Assembly: GCA_043821645.1 (NCBI GenBank)
Contig: JBDRCO010000118.1
Span: 32,001 to 96,000, forward strand
Source: Pseudomonadota bacterium
Lineage (GTDB): Bacteria; Myxococcota; JACRCW01; JAFGSX01
Length of the DNA: 64,000 nt
Direction of reading: 5' to 3'
Within the stretch, counting starts at the first letter, position 1, and every line of letters begins with the position of its first letter. A model generated the notes under the pieces. It saw nothing but the letters and a program-made list of their open reading frames with translations. It was not told the DNA's origin and searched no databases. This document shows positions 1-10,072 of the stretch, piece after piece. Both the position numbers and the translations under genes were made by a program.

Positions 1-1155
1 GGTTGGCGTCTTGGAGGAAGCCTCAGCTACGACGACGCGCCGGGCCGGCAGAGCTTTGTCTTCTTCGGCGGCTATGGCGAGTGCCCGACCCAGACCACCT
101 GCGCGGACACCTGGACCTTCGATGGGGTCGAGTGGCAGCGACGCTGCGACGGCATCCCGGCCGGTGACGTCTGCGACGCCGGGGATGGCCTGCCAGGCGC
201 GCGCAGGCACCCGGCCAGCGCCTTCGACAGCTCGCGCAAGGAGACCTACCTGTATGGCGGCACCGCGGGCGCGCAGGGGCAGCAGCTGTGGCGCTGGGAT
301 CATGTGCAGTGGCATCTGGAGCTGCCCACGACGACGGTGCGACCCCCGAACGACCTCAGCGGTTCCGCGCTGACCTACGACGAGGGGCGGGACACCCTGG
401 TGATGTTCGGCGGCTTCAGCGGCTCCACTCGCGCCGCGCCGCATGTCTGGGAGTGGAGCATGACCAGCCGCGCCTGGACCGAGATCGTGCCCACGGATCC
501 CGAGGCAGATGGCAGCCCGGAGACCGCCTGGATGCAGGCGCTCGCCTACGATCGCGATCGACATGCGGTGGTCCTGCACGAGCATCGCTGGAAGCTGCCA
601 CCCCCGGTGCTCTCGTCGTGGGAGTGGAACGGCCAGAGCTGGCGCCACCTTCGCACGGCCTCGCCGCTGTCCGGGGAGTGGCCGACGGTCACCGACGAGA
701 ATGGGTCCTTGCTCAGCGTGCATGACCGGGAGGCAGGGCGCACCTTCTTGATGGGCGACCACCTGTGGGAGCTGCTGTGGGCCGAGGATGTCCAGCCGGC
801 CCTGACCCTGCACTTCGACTTCGCCGCGGCCGGGGCACCGCCGGGTACGCGCATCGAGGAGCTGAAGCTCAGCGCGGTGGCCGGGGCGACGAGCCTGGTG
901 GGCGCGACCGCGACCGATGGAGGGGTCATCGCGAGCTGGGATGGTGACCGCTGGCAGCCACGGGCCAGCTTTGGCTTTGGTCCGCAAACACCCGGAGCCA
1001 TCTCCTGGAGCAGCAGCGTGGCGAGCGAGACAGATGCCCTGTGGGTTGACGACAGCTTGCACCTGGCCATCGTTCCCGAGGGCGTCAACGGCGACCAGGA
1101 TGCCGTGGTGGTGGTGGACCATGTCGAGCTGCGCGTGCGCTACCGCCTGCCCTGA
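1..1155 (+). CDS. Kelch-repeat surface protein, C-terminal part (5' end outside the window)
   Basis: Frame 1 is open from base 1 (GWRLGGSLSYDD...FVFFGGYGEC...DTWTFDGVEW). Repeated YD..R..LVMFGG....WEW Kelch-like blades. The C-terminal domain is homologous to that of 56033..60421. Confidence 0.75.
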   Translation, partial: GWRLGGSLSYDDAPGRQSFVFFGGYGECPTQTTCADTWTFDGVEWQRRCDGIPAGDVCDAGDGLPGARRHPASAFDSSRKETYLYGGTAGAQGQQLWRWDHVQWHLELPTTTVRPPNDLSGSALTYDEGRDTLVMFGGFSGSTRAAPHVWEWSMTSRAWTEIVPTDPEADGSPETAWMQALAYDRDRHAVVLHEHRWKLPPPVLSSWEWNGQSWRHLRTASPLSGEWPTVTDENGSLLSVHDREAGRTFLMGDHLWELLWAEDVQPALTLHFDFAAAGAPPGTRIEELKLSAVAGATSLVGATATDGGVIASWDGDRWQPRASFGFGPQTPGAISWSSSVASETDALWVDDSLHLAIVPEGVNGDQDAVVVVDHVELRVRYRLP

Positions 1156-1159
1156 GGCG

Positions 1160-1189
1160 CCGCGGTGGCCACCAGGACAGCCACCGCGG
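1160..1189 (+). terminator. GC-rich stem-loop right after the stop codon; possible terminator or RNA-stabilising hairpin
   Basis: CCGCGGTGGC (1160-1169) and GCCACCGCGG (1180-1189) form a perfect 10-bp inverted repeat 4 nt after TGA. No U-tract. Confidence 0.35.
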
Positions 1190-1355
1190 GTGCCCAGGGT
1201 ACGGCGGGGAGTCGTGGCACCACAGCGGGCCCTGGCCGCGCGTCATGACGTCGAGAGAAGGAGGGCTCGTCGTGGTGGTCGGATGTCGATGTTCGGGTCC
1301 ATCGCGCCTGCAACGGCCAGGACCACGAGGGACCGTACACTCGAAGGAGAATGAG

Positions 1356-1556
1356 ATGCATTCACTGCTTCGCCGTGCGCCCCTTGTCGCCTGTGCCATC
1401 CAGGGCGCGATCGGCTGGCCTGCCTTCCACCTCCCGCAACCGAGGACGCCGGCACGGGGGCCGACGGTGGCATCAGCACCGACGGACCATGGGCTCGAGT
1501 CCATGAGCATCGCGGACTTCAACAAGTGTGCTGCGGCGGCCTGTGAAGTGAAGTGA
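1356..1556 (+). CDS. possible small protein (66 aa) or gene remnant
   Basis: TACACT -10-like hexamer at 1336-1341, GAAGGAG RBS, ATG at 1356. No recognisable family. Confidence 0.25.
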   Translation: MHSLLRRAPLVACAIQGAIGWPAFHLPQPRTPARGPTVASAPTDHGLESMSIADFNKCAAAACEVK

Positions 1557-1694
1557 GGAGAACGCTGTGCACAGCCCGTCGCCGACCCGTCGATTTTCTG
1601 GAAGCACGAACGGTCTGGTGCACCGTGCCGGTGACGACGCCGAACGTGGTCGGCGGGTGACCCAGACGTGTTGTGTGCTGGTGAGGAGGAGGTC

Positions 1695-3053
1695 GTGATC
1701 AGATCCACCGCGCTCGCCAGCTGCGCACTGCTGGTCTCGATCCTGGTGCCGGCGCTGGCCAGGTCTGGCGTCGACGACTACCGGCTCGATCGCATCCTTG
1801 TGTTGACCGAACGCGGTGGCCGCGTGTCCTGGTCTCCCGACGGCCAGTGGATCGCCTACGACCGTCGCGAGGACGATGATTTATACGACGTCCACATCAT
1901 CCGCCCCGACGGCACTGACCAGCACTGCCTGACCTGCGAGCACCCCCAGCTGCCCGGCTTCAACGTCGGCCAGCCCGAGTGGCATCCCGGTGGGCGCTTT
2001 CTCGTGATCGAGGTGGAGATGGCCGAGCACGGCGGCAGCCACGAGGGCTCGCGGCCGGGTTCCGGCATCTACAACAACCTCTGGGTGCTGGACCTGGAAG
2101 ACGGTTTCGTCGATCCCCCAGCAACCCAGCTCACCGACGTGCGGGACGGTCGTCCCCTGGGCGAGGCCGAGGGCGGCGTGTTGCACTCAGCCTTCAACCA
2201 CGACGGCAGCCGGTTGCTGTGGACGGACATGGAGGACTACCAGCTTGCACTGATCGTCGGGGACTGGCAGCTGGCCATCGCCGACTTCGTGACCGATCCC
2301 GCGCCGGCGCTGGTTCACACGCAGTTCTACAACCCTGGGCCCAAGCCAGAGTGGTTCGAGGCTCACGGCTGGGGGCCACCTGGCGAGGACTGGGTGTACT
2401 TCGCGTGCACGCCGCTTGCGGGAATGCATATGTGGAATGCGGACATCTGCCGGATGGATCTCGACCGCCCTGAGCAGGTCACCCGGCTCACGTTCTCGGC
2501 AGGCGTCGACGGCGAGCCTAGCATCTACGACGAGCACGCCAAGATGTCGCCGCTGCATGACGCGATCACCTGGGCCTCGGATGCGGTGGTGGATCGCAAC
2601 CGCATGGAGCTGTTCATGGCCAACCTCGACGGCAGCGGCGCCCGTCGCGTGACCTCCTTCAACGAAGCCGGGCACGCGCACGCGACCGGCCACCAGACCC
2701 AGACCTGGGACCATTCGTGGAACCCTGCTCCCGCGGAGGGCTGGCAGGAACTGGCGGTCATCGTGGTCTACACCGACGAGGATCCCCCGCGCGAGACGAT
2801 TCGCATCTTGCACTTCGAGGTGGGCGAGGGGATCGCCCCGGAGAGCGACCCCTATGCGCAAGCGCCGCGCGAGAGCTGCGGTTGCAGGGCCGCAGGTCCG
2901 CAAAGAGGGGGACCGCTGGCCGAGATCTGGCCGGGGCTGATCCTGCTGCTTCACGCAGGCCGCCGGCGAAGGTTCAGACGTACCGCTGCCTCGCCCGCCA
3001 CCCTCGACAAGAACGCATTCCACTGGACAGGCTCATCAGAATACGGAGGTTGA
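1695..3053 (+). CDS. secreted TolB-like/PD40 beta-propeller protein with a MYXO-CTERM-like tail
   Basis: GTG after GAGGAGGAGG, then a signal peptide. PD40-type repeats (SWSPDGQWIAY, PEWHPGGRFL, AFNHDGSRLL). C-terminal SCGC...hydrophobic stretch...RRRR. Confidence 0.75.
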   Translation: MIRSTALASCALLVSILVPALARSGVDDYRLDRILVLTERGGRVSWSPDGQWIAYDRREDDDLYDVHIIRPDGTDQHCLTCEHPQLPGFNVGQPEWHPGGRFLVIEVEMAEHGGSHEGSRPGSGIYNNLWVLDLEDGFVDPPATQLTDVRDGRPLGEAEGGVLHSAFNHDGSRLLWTDMEDYQLALIVGDWQLAIADFVTDPAPALVHTQFYNPGPKPEWFEAHGWGPPGEDWVYFACTPLAGMHMWNADICRMDLDRPEQVTRLTFSAGVDGEPSIYDEHAKMSPLHDAITWASDAVVDRNRMELFMANLDGSGARRVTSFNEAGHAHATGHQTQTWDHSWNPAPAEGWQELAVIVVYTDEDPPRETIRILHFEVGEGIAPESDPYAQAPRESCGCRAAGPQRGGPLAEIWPGLILLLHAGRRRRFRRTAASPATLDKNAFHWTGSSEYGG

Positions 3054-3054
3054 T

Positions 3055-4881
3055 ATGAACGCGTCGCGAAATATCCTGGTGCTCGCTACCTTTGGGCTGG
3101 GCGTTGTGTTGAGTCTGGCCAGCGTGGCCCCTCCAGCGAACGAGGATGCTGGGATCGAGGACGATGGCGGCGGGACGCTGGACGCAGGCGCCGGCGATGC
3201 CGCCTCGATGGATGCCGCAGGGACCGACGCCGCGGGCACCGACGCCGCGGGCCATGACACGGGCAGCTCGACCTGCGAGGGCGAGGGCTTGACCGGCGAG
3301 AGCGAGCCCAACGAGACCTTTCATCAGGCCACGCGGATCTCGAGTGCCCAGGCCGTGAGCGGTGCGATCAGCGCCGACGCCGACGAGGACTGGTACGTCA
3401 TCGAGGTGTGTGGCGAGCGCATCCTCGAGCTGGCCCTGACCAACGCCCCGGATTTTCAGTCCGACGTGACCTACGAGTTCGAGCTGTTCGAATCCGACGG
3501 CGTGACGTCGATGGGGGCCGAGTATCAGTCCGGTGCCAGCGCGACGGTGAACTTCGATCGCAACTACTACATCCCGGCCGCCGGCCTGTACTACGTGCGC
3601 ATCGCCGACCGTTACGGCAGCGGCAACGACCCCGACGGCTACACCCTGACCGTCACCTCGCTGACCGTGCCCGATGCGGATGCCGAGCCCAATGGCAACA
3701 GCACCAACCCCGGCCACCTGCAGCTGGTGGCCACCGCGGTCAGCAGCGGCGTGCAGACCACGGGTTACATCGCCTCGCTCGACGACGACGACTGGTACGC
3801 CATCACCGTGACCGGCGAGAGCATCCTGCAGGTGGATCTGACCAACGCGCCCGCGGTGTCCACCCCACTGACCCTGGAGTTCGAGGCCTATGACACCGAC
3901 GCCGACACGGGCCTGGGAGGCGAGTATCAAAGTGGAGCGAGCAGTATCATCGTGCTGACCCGCAACTACTACCTGCCCGCCGCTGGCACCTACTACGTTC
4001 GCGTCGCGGATCGCTACAGCAGCGCCTACGACTATGCCCAGCCCTACCTGCTGACCCTGACCGAGCTGGCCGTCCCCGACGCTGCGGCCGAGCCCAACGG
4101 CAACAGCAGCAACGCCGACTACCTCAAGACCATCGCCACGGTGGTGAGCAGCGGCGTGCAGACCACCGGCTACATCGCCTCGCTCGTGGACGACGACTGG
4201 TTCGCCATCGCCATCGGCGGCGAGAGCATCCTGCAGGTCGAGCTCACCAACGCCCCCGCCGTGTCGACCCCCCTGACCCTGGAGTTCGAGGCCTACGCCA
4301 CCGATGCGGCCACTGCCATGGGGGCCGAGTACGAGAGCGGCGCCAGCGGCTCCATCACCCTGTCCCGCCGCTACTACATCGCCGCGGCGGGCACCTACTA
4401 CGTCCGCGTCGCGGACCGCTACAGCAGCGCCTACGACTACACCCAGCCCTACCTGCTGACCCTGACCGAGCGCGTGGTGCCGGACGCGGCCTTCGAGCCC
4501 AACGGCAACAGCGACAACCTCGACTACATCAAGACCATCGCCACGGTGATCAGCTCGGCCACGCCGGTGCAGGCCTCCATTGCCTCGATCGGCGACGAGG
4601 ACTGGTACAAGGTCACTCCAGCCGGCGCCGGCACGCTGGCGATCAGCCTCAGCAACGCGCCCGCGGTGGTGTCCGCCGTCACCTACGAGCTGGAGATCTT
4701 CGAGGCCGACGCCTCGACCAGCCTGGGCGCTTGGTACGACTCCGGCAGTCAGGGCACCGTGCTGCTCAACGGCACGGCCAACGTGCAGGCCGGCGCGGAC
4801 TACTACTTCAGGGTCTCCGACCGCTACAGCAGCGGCGACGACTACGATCAGCCCTACACGCTGACCCTGACCATCCCCTGA
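3055..4881 (+). CDS. secreted protein with four PPC-like (pre-peptidase C-terminal) domains and no catalytic domain
   Basis: GGAGG RBS, signal peptide, DAG-rich linker, four copies of EPN...A.....G.I....D.DWY....G.YYVRV.DRYS. Confidence 0.75.
   Translation: MNASRNILVLATFGLGVVLSLASVAPPANEDAGIEDDGGGTLDAGAGDAASMDAAGTDAAGTDAAGHDTGSSTCEGEGLTGESEPNETFHQATRISSAQAVSGAISADADEDWYVIEVCGERILELALTNAPDFQSDVTYEFELFESDGVTSMGAEYQSGASATVNFDRNYYIPAAGLYYVRIADRYGSGNDPDGYTLTVTSLTVPDADAEPNGNSTNPGHLQLVATAVSSGVQTTGYIASLDDDDWYAITVTGESILQVDLTNAPAVSTPLTLEFEAYDTDADTGLGGEYQSGASSIIVLTRNYYLPAAGTYYVRVADRYSSAYDYAQPYLLTLTELAVPDAAAEPNGNSSNADYLKTIATVVSSGVQTTGYIASLVDDDWFAIAIGGESILQVELTNAPAVSTPLTLEFEAYATDAATAMGAEYESGASGSITLSRRYYIAAAGTYYVRVADRYSSAYDYTQPYLLTLTERVVPDAAFEPNGNSDNLDYIKTIATVISSATPVQASIASIGDEDWYKVTPAGAGTLAISLSNAPAVVSAVTYELEIFEADASTSLGAWYDSGSQGTVLLNGTANVQAGADYYFRVSDRYSSGDDYDQPYTLTLTIP
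3685..4878 (+). repeat. intragenic tandem repeat with a 405-bp (135-aa) period
   Basis: GAGCCCAA(T/C)GGCAACAGC recurs at 3685, 4090 and 4495. A more diverged first unit starts at 3304. Confidence 0.85.
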
Positions 4882-4912
4882 CCCGACGCCGGGTCTGCTT
4901 CGAGGAGGGTAC

Positions 4913-6994
4913 ATGCCCGCGAAATCACCACTGGGCCTGCTGGGCTGCGCCCTGCTCCTGGCCTGTCCGGGCGGGACCGGGAGCGCAGGTGTCGACGCGG
5001 CCCGGCTCGCCGATGCGTGGGTGGCAGACGCAGCGATCCTGGATGGCGGCAGCGCGGACCAGGCCGCGGGCGCGGACGCACGCGCGGGCGATGGACGAGT
5101 GGACGACGGTGGGGGGGGAGTCGACGTCGGCGCACTGGACGCCCTCACCGTCGGGGATGCCGGGGCAAGCTTGGACGCGAACGTCAGTCCGGACGCTGGT
5201 GTGTCTGCGGACGCCGCCACACTGGACGCAGCTTCGCCACCACCTCCCTGCGGCAGCGCGCGCGTGCGTGAGGAACTCGCCATCCCCACCGTCGACGGCT
5301 ACACCCTGTCGGCTTTTCTCGACAGGCCCGCCCAGGCGAATTGCCGCCTGCCCACCATCCTGCTGCAGACGCCCTACAACAAGGAGAGCTTCTGGAACGG
5401 ACTCCAGGCCGAGCGGACCGAGCGCCCTTTGTTCAACAGCCCGCACTACAACATCGTTGCGGTGGACTGGCGTGGCCGTTTTGGCTCCAGCAGCTTGCCC
5501 CATCCTGGCGACGGCGCGTGGATGGCCCAGGACTCCTACGACACCGTGGAGTGGATAGCCGTTCAGTCGTGGTCCGACGGCAAGGTGGGGACCTGGGGCG
5601 TGTCTGCTCTCTGCGGCGCCCAGTACCGCACTGCCGCCGGCCCGCAGAATAATGCCCAGCACCCCGACTTCGACGACACGCCGCCTCCGCACCTGGTGGC
5701 CATGGTGCCCATCATGTGCCCGATTCGCACGTCCTATGACCAGGCCTACCCGGGCGGCGTGCTGCGCCACGAGTGGATGAGTGCGCTGGACGTGCTGGGC
5801 TTTGGCCTGCGCACCACCTACGAGAACAACCCGCGCAAGAACTGGTTGTGGAGCCTGCTCGACGCTGCGATTCCAAGTGACCGCATCGCTGTTCCCGCCC
5901 TGGTCGTCGGCGGCTGGTGGGACGTCAACTCCGCTGACACCCTCGAGGCCTTCGCCGAACTTCGCCTCAACAGCGCCCCCGCGGTGCGCGATCAGCACCG
6001 GTTGCTCATGGGGCCCTGGATACACTTCGCCACAGGTGGCGCCGTGGGCGAGGGCGCGGCGCGACCCCTGACCCAGGACGAATGGGTCTTCATGGACGTC
6101 GACCGCGTCATCGACCGCGACTCGCTGGCCTTCTTCGACCTGCACCTGCGCGGCGTGTCGAGCCCGGCCGAGCACTGGGCGCGGGTGCGCTATCACCATG
6201 AGAACGCAGGCTGGCAGAGCGCGGACCAGTGGCCTCCCACCGGAGTCACCACGCGCTCGCTGTACCTCGACGACCAGGCAGCCCTCGTCGCCAGCGCGCC
6301 GGCCAGCGGCGCAATGAGTTTTCCCTACTCACCCGCCGATCCCTCGCCGACACTCGGCGGGCCGACCTTGGCGCCCTACAACTGTGTCGCCAGCGCCACC
6401 CCGCTGCTGTGCACCCTCGCGGCGGCCCCCGACACCATCCTGCTGCACGGACCCATGTCGCAGGCGGCGCTGTACCAGCGTGGTGACCAGCGAACCTTTG
6501 TCACGGCACCGCTGAGCGAGCCCCTGGCACTGCTGGGCGCGCTGCGGGTTCACCTCGACGTTGCCACCACGGGTCTGGACACGGACTTCGCGGTGCGCGT
6601 GCTGGACATCGCCGAGGACCAGGATCCCTGGCTGATCGGCGACGGCATGCAGCGCCTGTCGGCCCGCGACGGCAACACCGCCTACAGCACCGTGACCCCG
6701 GGCCAGCGTTACAGCCTCACCGTCCGCATCAGCAAGGACTTCGCCTACAGCATCCCGGCAGGCCATCGCCTGGGCCTCATGATCAGCTCGAGCAACTGGC
6801 CCCTGGCCGCGCGCAACCCGAACGACGGCGCGGTCTTTCTTGCCAGCGACGTCACCGCAGACACCAACGAGGAGTTCAGCTACGGCCTTCCGGCCACCAT
6901 CGTCGATCTGAAGGGCTCGGGCGTGGATGTGACCAACACGCTCTACCTCGACGGTGCCAGCCGGGTGGAGTTCGAGGTGGCTCCGGGTTCGTAA
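4913..6994 (+). CDS. CocE/NonD family (S15-like) serine hydrolase, lipoprotein
   Basis: Lipobox LLLAC. Motifs QTPY, D.RGRFGS, WSDGKVGTWGVS (catalytic Ser), GGWWD (Asp), GPWIH (His), followed by a PepX_C-like C-terminal domain. Confidence 0.85.
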   Translation: MPAKSPLGLLGCALLLACPGGTGSAGVDAARLADAWVADAAILDGGSADQAAGADARAGDGRVDDGGGGVDVGALDALTVGDAGASLDANVSPDAGVSADAATLDAASPPPPCGSARVREELAIPTVDGYTLSAFLDRPAQANCRLPTILLQTPYNKESFWNGLQAERTERPLFNSPHYNIVAVDWRGRFGSSSLPHPGDGAWMAQDSYDTVEWIAVQSWSDGKVGTWGVSALCGAQYRTAAGPQNNAQHPDFDDTPPPHLVAMVPIMCPIRTSYDQAYPGGVLRHEWMSALDVLGFGLRTTYENNPRKNWLWSLLDAAIPSDRIAVPALVVGGWWDVNSADTLEAFAELRLNSAPAVRDQHRLLMGPWIHFATGGAVGEGAARPLTQDEWVFMDVDRVIDRDSLAFFDLHLRGVSSPAEHWARVRYHHENAGWQSADQWPPTGVTTRSLYLDDQAALVASAPASGAMSFPYSPADPSPTLGGPTLAPYNCVASATPLLCTLAAAPDTILLHGPMSQAALYQRGDQRTFVTAPLSEPLALLGALRVHLDVATTGLDTDFAVRVLDIAEDQDPWLIGDGMQRLSARDGNTAYSTVTPGQRYSLTVRISKDFAYSIPAGHRLGLMISSSNWPLAARNPNDGAVFLASDVTADTNEEFSYGLPATIVDLKGSGVDVTNTLYLDGASRVEFEVAPGS

Positions 6995-7162
6995 GGCACG
7001 CAGCGTGCAAAAGAGAATGGCAGGAGGATGGACAAGATCATGAACACCTCAGCCAGCACGCTTCACCCCGTCGCCATCGCCCAGCACCTCGACGCCATCG
7101 GTCAAGTGACCGACCGTCCGTTGCCCGAAGCGGGGGGCGCTGAGCGCCGCTATTGTGCTCCC

Positions 7163-9670
7163 ATGCTGTATAGACAGACGAGATCGGCCACTCATGCACT
7201 GCTTCTGAGTCTTGCGCTCTTTGCCAGCAGCACCGTCCATGCGGCTCCCCTGCTGACCCGCGACGGCGGCACGCTGCTCTATGGCGGTCAGCCCATCCGC
7301 CTGGTGGGCTACGGCTGCTACGGCATGCTGACCGAGAGCGCCTTCGACTACGAAGCTTTCTTCGACGAGCTGGCAGACCAGCACGGCCTCAACTTTGCCC
7401 GCATCTGGCTCAACTACCACTGGACCAACGACCTGACCCCCTTTGCCGGCAGCCGCGGCAACCACGACCTGCTGACCCACAACCAGTCCTTCTATGCCCG
7501 TCTCGACGCCCTGGCCCGCTATGCCGAGAGCAAGGGTGTGATCCTGCAGCTAACCTTCTTCGACTCGGTCATGCTCGAGGGGGGCTCGACCAGTGGCAAT
7601 CGCTGGATCAACAGCCCCTACCGCACGGCCAACAACCAGCAGAGCTACTGCGCCAACCCGGGCTGCGTCGAGGCCACTTCCGGCGAGATCTGGACCCAGG
7701 TGCACGCACCCTTCATGACGCGCGTGGTCGACACGCTCAAGCAGCGCGGCAACATCCTGTACGAGATCGCCAACGAGCCCTACCCGGGCTTCTTTGGCGC
7801 GGCCTTTCACCGCGCGGCCATCGATCACCTGCACGCGCGCCTGAGCCAGCCCGACGTCACCGGCAGCCGCTTGATCAGCACCAACGACGACAGCCTGAAC
7901 AACCTGTCCGACCCCAAGGTCGACGTGGTGAGCTTTCATGTCAACGATCCGGCCCGCGCCAATGACCACGCCAGCCTGGCCAAGCCCGTGATCATCAGCA
8001 ACGACGGGGACGTCTCGCAAAGCAGTACCAGCATGGCCAACTCCCAGCGCGTGCCGCGCATCGGCAGCTACGCCGCCACCGCCTTCTCGGACGGCTCCGT
8101 CCTGGGCCACACCCACCTGGAGATCCTGGACAAGGACATCCACGGCGCGAGCTGGCTGAGCCAGGACTACAACCCGCGGGCCGGCAACACCACCGCGGCC
8201 ATCCTCAACGTGCTCGACGACCATGTCCCGGCTCCGGCTCCCATCGATCCCGATTGCGTCGCCAGCGCCGGCAGCCTCGCCGTCGGTCGTACCTTCACCC
8301 TCACCGTTGACGCGCACAGCGGCGACGAGGCCACCACCCAGCCCAAGAGCGACGCCAACGATGGTCGCAACGGTGACAACCCGCAGTTTCGACGCCACAA
8401 CGTGGCCAGGGCACACAACGAGTACTGGTACACCTCGAGTCACCAGGAAGCAGGGGAGCCCAGTCCGAGCGCTGAGCAGTGGGTGGACTACGTGCCCGAC
8501 TTCGGCGCGCTGGGCGTGGGTCGCTACCAGATCACAGTGCGCTTTCGCGATTCGGGCAACCGCGCCAGCTATGCCGCGCGGTACCACGTCCTCGACACTC
8601 GCGATGGAGACGCCACCGTGGCCCAGCGGCAGGACATCGGCGAGGGCTACCATGACATCGACATCGGAACCTACTTCATGTGCGGTGGCAGTTTCGTGCG
8701 GGTGCAGGACCCTGGCGCCGCCAGCATCGGTTTTCACGAGATGAAGTTCACGCGCGTCGACGACGGAGCGCCACCGCCGCCACCCCCACCGCCTCCACCC
8801 GTCGACGGCTGCAACGGACTCGGAGCAGGTTCCCACACGGCCGAGCGCTTTGCCGGGCAGGCCTCGGCAACGGGCGACTGGAGCAGTGCCAGCAGCGCGG
8901 CGAGTGCTCCCGACGGCGCCGAGGCACAGAGTCCCAACCTGGACAGCGGCGAGGTGCTCAGGGTCAGCGGCTGGGGTTTTTGCGATCCGGCCGGCGACGA
9001 GCACATCGACAGGGTTCAGGTCTCCGTATTGGGACGCACCCAGTATCAGAGCGGTCCCTACGACATCCTGGTGGCGCTTGAAGCGGTGGGTCTGCAGACC
9101 AGCTGGCACCACACCACGTCAGGGTGGGACAACCTCGACGTCAGCGCTGCGCGCGGCAGCTGGAGCTGGGCCGACGTCAACGCGCTGGTCGCCGAAGTGT
9201 CGCTGCACAGTCACCCGGGCGGCAACAGAGACAGCGACGTGTGGATAGACGCCTTCCGGGTGCAGGTTAATTTCACGACGCTCACCGTGGACGCGGGTGG
9301 GACCGCTGACGCGGCGCAGAACGACGCGACCTTCAGCGCAGACGCTGCGGGCGCGGATGCGGGAGTCGAGGAAAGCGACGCCGGCGTGGCTCTCGACTCA
9401 GGTCCCGGTGGCGACGCCCAGGGTGGCGCAGACCGCGATTTGCCTGGAGATGATGCAGCGGAGGGCACGGACATCGAACCGGTCAAGGCGCGCCAGAGCT
9501 GTGCGAATGACCTGGACTGCGCCGACGGCGAGGCCTGCCTGGATGGATTCTGTGCGCCGGACATCGCGGTGAGCGGTGGCTGCGGCTGCCGGGCGGACAA
9601 CACCGTTGCCGGCTGGCTCTACCCGGCGCTGCTGCTGGCATTTTCGTGCGTTGTACGACGAAGGCGGTAG
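7163..9670 (+). CDS. secreted GH-A-clan-like TIM-barrel glycoside hydrolase with beta-sandwich modules and a MYXO-CTERM-like tail
   Basis: Signal peptide from ATG 7163. GLNFARIW, ILYEIANEP acid/base motif, DVVSFH. Golvesin/CBM-like module (GRYQITVRF...NRA...A.YHV), poly-Pro linker, terminal GGCGC..TM..RRRR. Confidence 0.7.
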   Translation: MLYRQTRSATHALLLSLALFASSTVHAAPLLTRDGGTLLYGGQPIRLVGYGCYGMLTESAFDYEAFFDELADQHGLNFARIWLNYHWTNDLTPFAGSRGNHDLLTHNQSFYARLDALARYAESKGVILQLTFFDSVMLEGGSTSGNRWINSPYRTANNQQSYCANPGCVEATSGEIWTQVHAPFMTRVVDTLKQRGNILYEIANEPYPGFFGAAFHRAAIDHLHARLSQPDVTGSRLISTNDDSLNNLSDPKVDVVSFHVNDPARANDHASLAKPVIISNDGDVSQSSTSMANSQRVPRIGSYAATAFSDGSVLGHTHLEILDKDIHGASWLSQDYNPRAGNTTAAILNVLDDHVPAPAPIDPDCVASAGSLAVGRTFTLTVDAHSGDEATTQPKSDANDGRNGDNPQFRRHNVARAHNEYWYTSSHQEAGEPSPSAEQWVDYVPDFGALGVGRYQITVRFRDSGNRASYAARYHVLDTRDGDATVAQRQDIGEGYHDIDIGTYFMCGGSFVRVQDPGAASIGFHEMKFTRVDDGAPPPPPPPPPPVDGCNGLGAGSHTAERFAGQASATGDWSSASSAASAPDGAEAQSPNLDSGEVLRVSGWGFCDPAGDEHIDRVQVSVLGRTQYQSGPYDILVALEAVGLQTSWHHTTSGWDNLDVSAARGSWSWADVNALVAEVSLHSHPGGNRDSDVWIDAFRVQVNFTTLTVDAGGTADAAQNDATFSADAAGADAGVEESDAGVALDSGPGGDAQGGADRDLPGDDAAEGTDIEPVKARQSCANDLDCADGEACLDGFCAPDIAVSGGCGCRADNTVAGWLYPALLLAFSCVVRRRR

Positions 9671-9756
9671 CGGGTACCGGCCTGTGCGCCCGGAGCCAGC
9701 GGGCATTTCGGCACCAATCGTCCCCCCGGGAGGAGGGCTCCCTTCGGGCGGCAAGG

Positions 9757-9954
9757 GTCGACGACGGCACCACCACCCAGCACCAGGTCTGGTCCGGATG
9801 TCGGGAAGGCTCGGAAGTCAACCTCCTGAAGATCTCGGGAGGCGGCGACACGTGGTCGCTGGGCTTTCAGGAGCTGCCGGTCAGCGTCGTCGGAACCGTC
9901 GCGCAAGACTTCTCGACCAACAGTGCGATCCTGGAGTTCCTTGACCGGTTCCGA
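9757..9954 (+). pseudogene. 3' remnant of an LpqC/PHB-depolymerase-type esterase gene
   Basis: VDDGT....WSGC..GSEVNLLKISGGGDTWS.G.Q.LP...VG....DF.....ILEFL matches the family C-terminus (GGGHTWP) with His changed to Asp. No start codon or N-terminal part. Confidence 0.5.
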
Positions 9955-10072
9955 GGCAGGTCCTGCAATGCTGAGCTGGAAGGTAGACGGGGAGCCCAGG
10001 ACCATCCCGATGCGAGAAGACACAGCGCCGGCTGAGATCGCCCTGCTCCTGCCCGCCACCGCGCAGGGGAGG

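Noticed and set aside
2974-9112. Minus-strand ORFs 2974..5289, 4925..6199 and 7550..9112
   Set aside because: Shadows of the plus-strand PPC, CocE and glycoside hydrolase genes.
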